DNA of 12,247 nucleotides from a virus. A model generated the notes under the pieces. The model did not search any database. It saw nothing but the letters and a program-made list of their open reading frames with translations, and had not been told where the DNA came from. Both the position numbers and the translations under genes were made by a program. This document shows, in pieces, positions 6,484 through 12,247 of this stretch (position 1 is the stretch's first letter; every line of letters begins with the position of its first letter). The stretch covers positions 1-12,247 of IMG/VR virus record IMGVR_UViG_3300045988_151478, one strand, 5' to 3'.

Positions 6484-7838
6484 TATTCATAATAAAAACC
6501 ACTATTCAAGTAGTTATTCACTACTTCTTGATCTCCGGTAAATCCACTAATTTCTATGGATGCGTTTCTGCATCTGAGATAGCCGGAACACGTTGAAATC
6601 TTGCGACTGTTTCCGTCTGCATATCCCTCACCTGCACCGTTTGGCTCTGTGCTCATTCTTGTATAACAGATTACTGATGCATCAAGATTATTTAGGATTC
6701 CCCCCACTGATCCAACCGCACCAATGCTTGTAACTTCTGGAGATAAAATGGTTTGCATAGTGTTAAGTACACCAGAAGATACGCCGAGTGCATTTCCTGT
6801 CATAGCTGAAGAGACGGTGGAAAGTCCACCAATCAATGCATCACCAATGTTGACGTTTGCACCTGCTATGTTTACCGGTACTGTCATCTGACACTGATAG
6901 TGTCCTATTACAGTACTTCCAGATTTTAGCCATACATCAGATATTCCAGAATATGCATCGAAATAGTAATCGGCTAATAACTGACCATTATTTGTCTTTG
7001 TAATATCTACCGGAACTACTCCAATGCAAGGAAGCTGTACAAAGTAACGGCTAAAATTACCATTGTAAAAACGAAAATCTGTATTAGAATAAAGTGGATT
7101 AGTCAGTTCAAGATTGTAGGAAAAATGCACCACCGGACTACTTGAAGCCCCACCAATCAATAAAGCCTGAACACCGGAATCCCAATAGCCCAAATTTACA
7201 TCATTCATTATTCCTATAAAATTACTTGAGCGAAAGGGTAGCCATTTTAAATCAATAATGTATTTTGCAGGATCGAAAAGAAACTTTGTAGTTGCGTTCT
7301 CAATTAGTTCTTGGAAGTTATCAGCCGTATACATGAAACTCACAATCAAACCTAACTGTTTTTCCGTAACATAGTAAGTTTCAACCCCTGCCGCTCCTAC
7401 AATGCGCATGATATAGTTGCCTGCATATCCATTAACAAATACATTAACTGGCTGTGCAACTATAGTATCCTGCTTCTGCCAGTCCTCAGTGGGTAAATAA
7501 AGCGGATCATCAAGCAAAGGGTCTTGATGATCGGATCGTTCAATAAAGCATGTATATTCGCCTATTTCATTTTTATAAGTTGCCAAAACGTCCTCAGTAC
7601 AAGTTATTTCCGTTTGTCCCGCATTGATTGATGTAGTTGCATCAATGAAATAATAGTGGTCAGCCCATTTGCAATAGTTAAATTGTAGCATGTCATTCAT
7701 TGATTTTTGTAAAATAAACGTAGGACTTTGAAATGTAGTTGCAGTTTTTAAAAGACAGGGAACTTCTGTCCCCTGCCCTATAGGACGCTTTGTGCTATTT
7801 TTTCTTTTCGAAAAATGGTACAAAACTATTTCTGTCAT
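6483..7838 (-). CDS. Tail knob / distal tube protein (phi29 gp9-like, 451 aa)
   Basis: FNYCKWADHYYFIDATTSINAGQTEITCTEDVLATY resembles phi29 gp9 [40 protein letters not shown], and the gene sits upstream of the portal. The start is set at ATG 7838, which forms an ATGA overlap with the endolysin stop. The track's ATG at 7901 would overlap the endolysin gene by 67 nt. Confidence 0.6.
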   Translation of the reverse strand: MTEIVLYHFSKRKNSTKRPIGQGTEVPCLLKTATTFQSPTFILQKSMNDMLQFNYCKWADHYYFIDATTSINAGQTEITCTEDVLATYKNEIGEYTCFIERSDHQDPLLDDPLYLPTEDWQKQDTIVAQPVNVFVNGYAGNYIMRIVGAAGVETYYVTEKQLGLIVSFMYTADNFQELIENATTKFLFDPAKYIIDLKWLPFRSSNFIGIMNDVNLGYWDSGVQALLIGGASSSPVVHFSYNLELTNPLYSNTDFRFYNGNFSRYFVQLPCIGVVPVDITKTNNGQLLADYYFDAYSGISDVWLKSGSTVIGHYQCQMTVPVNIAGANVNIGDALIGGLSTVSSAMTGNALGVSSGVLNTMQTILSPEVTSIGAVGSVGGILNNLDASVICYTRMSTEPNGAGEGYADGNSRKISTCSGYLRCRNASIEISGFTGDQEVVNNYLNSGFYYE

Positions 7839-8482
7839 GATAAGTAAACATCTCCTTTTGAAGTAATGGCACAGATCCAACCGGATGGAATACGTACCCA
7901 TAAAGCACCGGATTCATCCTGTTTCATGTCTTTGACCGTAACTTCTGTTCCTTTTTTCAAGCATCCATCGGAATAAGCGTGTTTCATACCATCCCTTGTC
8001 AGCTGTGAGTATTCTTTGATCTGACCCCAAACGGAAAATCGAACATGTAAATGGTCAACCTGTGTTCGATAAGTCCGTCCTACTACGTATGATGGGCTTG
8101 AATCCCATACCCTGCGGACGCAGACAAGATCATGCCGGCGAGTTACCGGAGAGATCACAACTCCTGTGCCTGGGTTATCTGCCGTGTTTTTACGACCGCC
8201 CCGGCTTTCAATCATTTTTCCATATCCAATGTAAATAGCACAGTGATTAACAGGCGACCCGAAGAATAAGAAATCACCGGGCTTCTGCTGACCAACCGGA
8301 ATTGCCACTCCCATATTTGCATAAGTTGCTGCGTTATATCGTCCAACGTCTGAGCCCGCTGTCCTCTGGATCCAGTAAAGCAATCCGGAGCAGTCAAGAC
8401 CATGTGCAGGAGTTGAGCCACCCCACACATAAGGAGTACCAATTAAATTATGAGCGTACACTACAAGTTCATTTGCTGTCAT
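7835..8482 (-). CDS. Endolysin: NlpC/P60 endopeptidase with C-terminal SH3b-like wall-binding domain (215 aa)
   Basis: GTPYVWGG...GLDCSGL (catalytic Cys) and NHCAIYIGYGKMIES (catalytic His) are present. The C-terminal ~70 aa are beta-rich and SH3b-like. It lies directly after the holin candidate. The start is taken as ATG 8482, because the track start at 8500 is a TTG inside the holin gene. Confidence 0.85.
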   Translation of the reverse strand: MTANELVVYAHNLIGTPYVWGGSTPAHGLDCSGLLYWIQRTAGSDVGRYNAATYANMGVAIPVGQQKPGDFLFFGSPVNHCAIYIGYGKMIESRGGRKNTADNPGTGVVISPVTRRHDLVCVRRVWDSSPSYVVGRTYRTQVDHLHVRFSVWGQIKEYSQLTRDGMKHAYSDGCLKKGTEVTVKDMKQDESGALWVRIPSGWICAITSKGDVYLS

Positions 8483-8489
8483 ATTACCC

Positions 8490-8714
8490 CTACTTTCCAA
8501 TCTGTTCGATTAACGTATTCATCTTTTCCAGAGCGATCGTGTTATTTTTGATCACTTCTGAAAGTGTGTCAACTTCGTTTTTATGATCTTCGTTGAGTTT
8601 GTCAACTCGTGCGTTGGTCTGGTCATACATGTACTTAACAAAATATGCCATGGCGATACAACAAACGATAGGAAATGCATAGTTTCCCAAGATAGTTAAA
8701 AATGTTTCCATCAT
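8490..8714 (-). CDS. Holin candidate (74 aa, one N-terminal transmembrane segment plus charged coiled-coil tail)
   Basis: Hydrophobic stretch FLTILGNYAFPIVCCIAMAYFV followed by a highly charged C-terminus. It lies immediately upstream of the endolysin, with a strong RBS (GAGAGGAG). Confidence 0.6.
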   Translation of the reverse strand: MMETFLTILGNYAFPIVCCIAMAYFVKYMYDQTNARVDKLNEDHKNEVDTLSEVIKNNTIALEKMNTLIEQIGK

Positions 8715-8716
8715 TG

Positions 8717-9037
8717 CTAACTCCTCTCAAAATAATTACTATTTATAGGTGCGTCTGGGACATAATCGACAAGCACTGTCGCTTGCGCTTGTACAAGAGT
8801 AGTTCCATTATTAACCATTGAAAATAAAGACGAATCCGGATATCCGTAATAGCTTTCAAAATTCAATTCAACAAATCCGTTGGAACTGTTAAACATAATA
8901 ATTGGGACTCCGTCATAATTTAATGCAATATCATTATGAGGAGAAGATACTATTAATCTTCTTATACCTATTTTTCTAAATGGAAATTTTACAGTTATAG
9001 AACCACCGGCAGGAATAGTTAATAACGCAGCTAACAT
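8717..9037 (-). CDS. Hypothetical protein (106 aa), possibly a minor virion component
   Basis: ATG lies 1 nt after the capsid stop, with a GGAGG-rich RBS inside the capsid 3' end. The protein looks beta-rich. It has no recognisable motif, so function is inferred only from its position after the capsid gene. Confidence 0.6.
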   Translation of the reverse strand: MLAALLTIPAGGSITVKFPFRKIGIRRLIVSSPHNDIALNYDGVPIIMFNSSNGFVELNFESYYGYPDSSLFSMVNNGTTLVQAQATVLVDYVPDAPINSNYFERS

Positions 9038-9038
9038 T

Positions 9039-10238
9039 TTATTTTCCCCCCTCCCCGATCACATAAAGGATTCCGTTATGTGTAAAGTTATTCCAGTAGT
9101 TTTTTCTGGAATGAACATACATGTTATAGTAGCCACCCCGGCTATTGAATGGAGTGGTTGAACTGTAGTCAAACTGCCAGTTAATACCCATTGCACGGCG
9201 ATCATAAAGAACGCCAAGGACATACGGTAAGTTAACCTCTGTTTTTGCCTGTTTTGCATGACCATCCGCTCCAATGATGGATGGTGTAATCTGGATCGCT
9301 GATTCGTTATCAGCGGACTGCCACCAGTTGACAAGTTCCTTATTTTCGATCTGTAAATTTTTATCGTCAAACACATACGGCATGGTCTGTGTTTCTGAGT
9401 TGATCCAGAAACTTGACAGCATCATAAGTCGCTGATTTTCTTTTCTTGTAAATCTCAAAAGGTTTTCAAACCCTGTAATCGTAAATCTGTACTTGGTTGA
9501 TCTCTCTGTCAACTTTTCAGAATCAAGCTTGATTCGAGCAACCACGAACGGCATAAACTTGTCACGGTGTTCAGAAAGCAACTGTTTTCTTGTATACTGT
9601 GTTCCATTCTCTGTGTTGAACTCATGTGCAAGGTCAACTTCCATTCCAAGAGATGATAAGCCTGCCATATAGTTGAGCATGGTAGCACGCCGTTCACTCT
9701 CTCTGTCTGTTTCTATATCGTTACGAAACTCAATCATAACTGCTTCGTAAAATCTGAGAAATTCGTCCTCACTTGAAAATGCAAGAGCCAGCTGGTCACG
9801 AAACCGTGTGATTGATCTCTGTAACAACTTTGTGCCGTAGAACTTGAGTTCAAGTACTTTCGGCTTATGAATCTTGTACATGTCGATGGATTTGCCATCG
9901 TCCAATGTGTTCGGATTCTGCTCTGTATTCCAGTCATCCGACTGCTCTGCGTCCATTGACAGGGACGTAATTTCACGGACAATAGCCCCCCACCGAACAT
10001 TTGTCTGTTCGACGGTCTTTAATTTACCGGTATAAGATTCATTTGAAAAATAAGTATATGCAAATACTGTGCTGATTGCATTCAGTGTGTTTTCTACCCC
10101 AGTACGTAATAAGGTTTCCCCTACGGAAACAAAAGAACTTGTATCAGTCGCTACAAGGTTAGAACGTCCGGTAGCCTGTTTAGCAACGGAATTGATAAGT
10201 GTATAGGCATCCTGCGGGTTTAAACTATTTACTGCCAA
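9039..10238 (-). CDS. Major capsid protein (phi29 gp8-like, 399 aa), TTG start
   Basis: It follows the scaffold-like gene. C-terminal NSRGGYYNMYVHSRKNYW resembles phi29 gp8 RNPRGLYWNYYYHVWQ. Only a TTG (10236-10238) is available near the RBS AGAAAGGAAG. There is an in-frame stop 2 codons upstream, and the first in-frame ATG is about 95 codons downstream. Confidence 0.8.
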   Translation of the reverse strand: MAVNSLNPQDAYTLINSVAKQATGRSNLVATDTSSFVSVGETLLRTGVENTLNAISTVFAYTYFSNESYTGKLKTVEQTNVRWGAIVREITSLSMDAEQSDDWNTEQNPNTLDDGKSIDMYKIHKPKVLELKFYGTKLLQRSITRFRDQLALAFSSEDEFLRFYEAVMIEFRNDIETDRESERRATMLNYMAGLSSLGMEVDLAHEFNTENGTQYTRKQLLSEHRDKFMPFVVARIKLDSEKLTERSTKYRFTITGFENLLRFTRKENQRLMMLSSFWINSETQTMPYVFDDKNLQIENKELVNWWQSADNESAIQITPSIIGADGHAKQAKTEVNLPYVLGVLYDRRAMGINWQFDYSSTTPFNSRGGYYNMYVHSRKNYWNNFTHNGILYVIGEGGK

Positions 10239-10255
10239 TTTAATTCACTTCCTTT

Positions 10256-10549
10256 CTAATTCATGATTTTCATCATATCGTTAATAATGTCTGATTCTGT
10301 TCTTGGGGGATTTGTCCCCGTGTTCCCTGTGTTCTGGATATTTGAAGCCTGAATCGTAGCTGTTAATTTATTGATAGCATCAAGAACCATATCATTCTGA
10401 TTCTGGTTCTGGTTCTGATTCTGGTTCTGGTTCTGATTCTGGTTCTGGTTCTGATTCTGGTTCTGGTTCTGATTCTGCCCTGCAAATCCAAGAATTTCAG
10501 ATTTTGAAAAACCTGCATTTGCGAGTGCAACTACTTCTTCGATTTTCAT
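10256..10549 (-). CDS. Scaffolding-like protein (97 aa) with internal (Gln-Asn)14 repeat
   Basis: It lies immediately upstream of the capsid gene, and its size matches phi29 gp7 (98 aa). Short helical N- and C-terminal segments are joined by 28 residues of QN repeats. Confidence 0.5.
   Translation of the reverse strand: MKIEEVVALANAGFSKSEILGFAGQNQNQNQNQNQNQNQNQNQNQNQNQNQNDMVLDAINKLTATIQASNIQNTGNTGTNPPRTESDIINDMMKIMN
10394..10477 (-). repeat. In-frame hexanucleotide microsatellite, 14 units (CAGAAY on the coding strand) with an 18-nt higher-order period
   Basis: On the + strand the pattern is attctg attctg (gttctg gttctg attctg)x4, 84 nt in total. It encodes (QN)14 in the scaffold-like gene. 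Confidence 0.95.
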
Positions 10550-10702
10550 TTTTTGTTTTTTCTCCTTTCTATTGAGAAAAACGGATGTTAAGGGAAATAT
10601 ATGAAGGAAAGAAAAAATTAAGGGAAAAACTTACGGGTAATCATCCCTATAGCATCCGTTTCCGACGGTTGATGAAGCTGTTTTTCCCTTAAAATAAAAA
10701 TA
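10550..10702 (-). ncRNA. Structured non-coding region: candidate packaging-RNA analogue or riboregulator/attenuator
   Basis: This is by far the largest non-coding gap in the right-hand (- strand) transcription unit. A 13-bp perfect complement joins 10618-10630 (ttaagggaaaaac) and 10680-10692 (gtttttcccttaa). A 9-bp complement joins 10579-10587 (aaacggatg) and 10653-10661 (catccgttt). The two helices interleave. A second ttaagggaaa copy at 10588-10597 can compete for 10683-10692. On the - strand RNA, both helices are followed by U-runs. Confidence 0.35.
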
Positions 10703-11758
10703 TCACAAATTAAAAATTTTTTCAAGATAAAATTTTACAGTTAGGTTCTGATAGAAAATTCTATTACTAATAATATAGTTATATATCCATGAATAATAGT
10801 ATTTAAACTGTGATTTACCCAACTCACTGTCTGGAAAAACATCTTTGCACGTTCCGGAAATATGATCGCTTATGTAAAGTTTAGCTTCTTTTTTGTGTTC
10901 GTAAACTCCAATAGTTCCAATTACACAAATCAACCTGTAGTTTCTCAAATCTTCTGACTTTATAGAACTCGTATCATCATATGCAAAATCATTGTCAAGA
11001 GACATTTTTTCAAAATCTGTACTTCCGGTAAGAGCCTTATAAAGTGCTGTCTTTCTTTTCTTTTCTGAAATGGGGCTTTTATTAATCAAAATAATGATGA
11101 TTCCACGGTCTTTTAACATGGAAAACTCCTGTCCGGACTTCTTCATTTTTTCCAAGTTCGGAAGCAATCCGAAAGACTGAATAAGCGGGGAATCAAGTGT
11201 ATTACTATTTGAGACAACCCACCAACGAAAAGGCTTCTGACCAAGTAACTCACGGTTGGCAGAAATTGTTTCCACTCCGTTTAAAAATGCATCCTCTTCT
11301 CCTTTGATTCTTTTGTCAAGCTTCTCCGGGATAAACTCGTCATAGATTCCTTCCGAAAAACCGGATCCAGAAAAACCACGATTATTCATTAAACTGGTAA
11401 GACTAAACGCTTCCCCATGATAAACTTCCTCTCCTGCTTCATTGATCTCTTGCAAGGATACCCGGCTTTTTTCACCCTTTACCCTTTTAAAAAAGAAATT
11501 TTTGTGAAGATCATGATTTATGTCTATCCAAGGATTCATTGTATCGACCAGTACAGAATCTATTTGAGTAGTTTTTCTTCTCATATAGATTACTTTTTCA
11601 TCCTTTGAAAAAACATCCTCGATGAAATGTTTGAAGATTCCATATGTTTTTCCAGTACGTCTTGCACCTATGATAAAAATAAAATTTATATCGTTTTTTT
11701 CACATGTATTCACGATTTTAGGGATATCCAACCATCCATTTTTTTCGTATATATTCAT
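10703..11758 (-). CDS. DNA packaging (encapsidation) ATPase, phi29 gp16-like (351 aa)
   Basis: Walker A IIGARRTGKTYG resembles gp16 VIGARGIGKSYA. VIYMRRK resembles FIYVRRY. Walker B IYDEFIPEK resembles VFDEFIREK. VVSNSNTLDSP resembles CLSNAVSVVNP. EKMSLDNDFAYDD resembles GEMSLDNQFIGDN. The start is set at ATG 11758 (RBS AAGGTG 7 nt upstream). The track start at 11827 would overlap the upstream gene by 50 nt. Confidence 0.9.
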   Translation of the reverse strand: MNIYEKNGWLDIPKIVNTCEKNDINFIFIIGARRTGKTYGIFKHFIEDVFSKDEKVIYMRRKTTQIDSVLVDTMNPWIDINHDLHKNFFFKRVKGEKSRVSLQEINEAGEEVYHGEAFSLTSLMNNRGFSGSGFSEGIYDEFIPEKLDKRIKGEEDAFLNGVETISANRELLGQKPFRWWVVSNSNTLDSPLIQSFGLLPNLEKMKKSGQEFSMLKDRGIIIILINKSPISEKKRKTALYKALTGSTDFEKMSLDNDFAYDDTSSIKSEDLRNYRLICVIGTIGVYEHKKEAKLYISDHISGTCKDVFPDSELGKSQFKYYYSWIYNYIISNRIFYQNLTVKFYLEKIFNL

Positions 11759-11777
11759 TTTGATACACCTTATAGTT

Positions 11778-12074
11778 TTATGAAAACTGCTGTTTATTTG
11801 AGTTATCAGAATCCTTGCTGACTTCATTGTATTTTTTAATACAAGCTTCTTCTAACTGACCTGTAAACTCCTTATCCATTGAGTAAATTGAGTTGTAATA
11901 TTTCCCGTCTTTTCCTTTTGAAGATGGAAAAGAAAGAAATAACCCTTTTGACCCCTCTATAAGCGTCATACCTTTAATGACAAGCGTATTATCAAGGGCT
12001 AATTCGATAAAAGCTTTTGTTTTGCTGTTGCCATCATAAGGACGGCAGGTTATTTTGATAGATGATTTTAACAT
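11778..12074 (-). CDS. spoVG: SpoVG-family nucleic-acid-binding protein (98 aa)
   Basis: It aligns along its full length with B. subtilis SpoVG (97 aa). KAFIELALDNTLVIKGMTLIEGSKGLFLSFPSSKGKDGKYY matches [41 protein letters not shown]. It is the first gene after the right ITR promoter, with RBS AAAGGAGA. Confidence 0.75.
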   Translation of the reverse strand: MLKSSIKITCRPYDGNSKTKAFIELALDNTLVIKGMTLIEGSKGLFLSFPSSKGKDGKYYNSIYSMDKEFTGQLEEACIKKYNEVSKDSDNSNKQQFS

Positions 12075-12107
12075 GTTTTAATCTCCTTTACATATTTTGC
12101 TATTTAT

Positions 12108-12247
12108 TTATTTGTTTGCAAGATCATAGTACCAGTTTTGCATATAAAAGTCAACAGTTTAACAAAAAAGTATTAAAGTCAGACAGATTGATTAATTGTC
12201 AGAATTGTTTCTAATTTTCATACAATTTGTATAATTGTCAGAATTGT
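12108..12247. repeat. Right inverted terminal repeat (140 bp)
   Basis: Its reverse complement is identical to 40-179. It has one full 39-bp unit plus the 16-nt partial unit. Confidence 0.95.
12126..12154 (-). promoter_or_regulatory. Sigma-A-type promoter inside the right ITR, reading inward
   Basis: Exact mirror copy of the left promoter: -35 TTGACT (revcomp of 12149-12154), 17-bp spacer, -10 TACTAT (revcomp of 12126-12131) preceded by TGg. Confidence 0.7.

Larger units (their letters stand above)
1..12247. mobile_element. Complete linear genome of a miniature phi29-like (protein-primed) podophage
   Basis: The window starts and ends exactly at inverted terminal repeats. It contains a protein-primed PolB, a gp16-like packaging ATPase, portal, capsid, tail and lysis genes, packed tightly with AAGGAG-type RBSs. 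No integrase or flanking host genes are present. Confidence 0.8.

Noticed and set aside
10585-10692. 35-codon + strand ORF (MLREIYEGKKKLREKLTGNHPYSIRFRRLMKLFFP) inside the structured gap
   Set aside because: It runs antisense to the surrounding operon and has no convincing RBS or + strand promoter. Its frame largely reflects the repeated ttaagggaaa arms. It remains an alternative explanation for the gap if ribosome profiling shows translation.
10550-10702. An internal late promoter in the gap (TATATT-like -10 on the - strand near 10598-10603)
   Set aside because: No acceptable -35 element lies at 16-18 bp spacing. The match is no better than expected in AT-rich sequence.
1197-11821. Antisense ORFs inside long genes: 1197-1403, 2632-2940, 3430-3804, 4011-4322, 4520-4747, 5607-5924, 6411-6596, 8212-8442, 8302-8586, 9059-9376, 9509-9697, 9734-10000, 11417-11608 and 11627-11821
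   Set aside because: All are embedded in, or run opposite to, genes with clear homology or motifs. They lack RBSs and have skewed compositions (Ser/Leu/Cys/Phe-rich) typical of shadow frames.
1-12247. A transposon, casposon or polinton-like element bounded by terminal inverted repeats
   Set aside because: No transposase, integrase or Cas1 is present, and no target-site duplication or flanking host DNA is visible. The content is a full virion, lysis and protein-primed replication set, so a linear phage genome fits better.

Overview
The window appears to be the complete linear genome (12,247 bp) of a very small phi29-like, protein-primed podophage, probably infecting a low-GC Gram-positive host (AT-rich, AAGGAG-type ribosome-binding sites). 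It is bounded by inverted terminal repeats (ITRs): left 1-179 and right 12108-12247. The right ITR matches left 40-179 exactly. The left end carries one extra 39-bp unit that itself begins with the terminal sequence. Each ITR holds the same inward-facing sigma-A-type promoter, so the genome reads as two convergent units that meet at a bidirectional terminator at 3538-3568. The left unit (+ strand, 207-3539) encodes three small proteins (one is absent from the supplied ORF track), a candidate terminal protein and a family-B protein-primed DNA polymerase. The right unit (- strand, 12074 down to 3586) encodes, in order: a SpoVG-like nucleic-acid-binding protein, a gp16-like packaging ATPase, a ~150-nt structured non-coding gap, a scaffold-like protein with a (QN)14 repeat, the major capsid protein, a 106-aa unknown, a holin, an NlpC/P60 endolysin, a tail knob protein, the portal, the lower collar and an SGNH-hydrolase tail fibre. 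I saw no integrase, repressor, tRNA or CRISPR array. The items most worth follow-up are the structured gap after the ATPase gene (possible pRNA analogue or riboregulator), the asymmetric ITRs that repeat the terminus, the ITR-embedded twin promoters, an 18-bp perfect palindrome present twice at - strand stop codons, the phage-borne SpoVG homologue and the in-frame hexanucleotide microsatellite. All homology calls come from by-eye motif recognition, not from a search.
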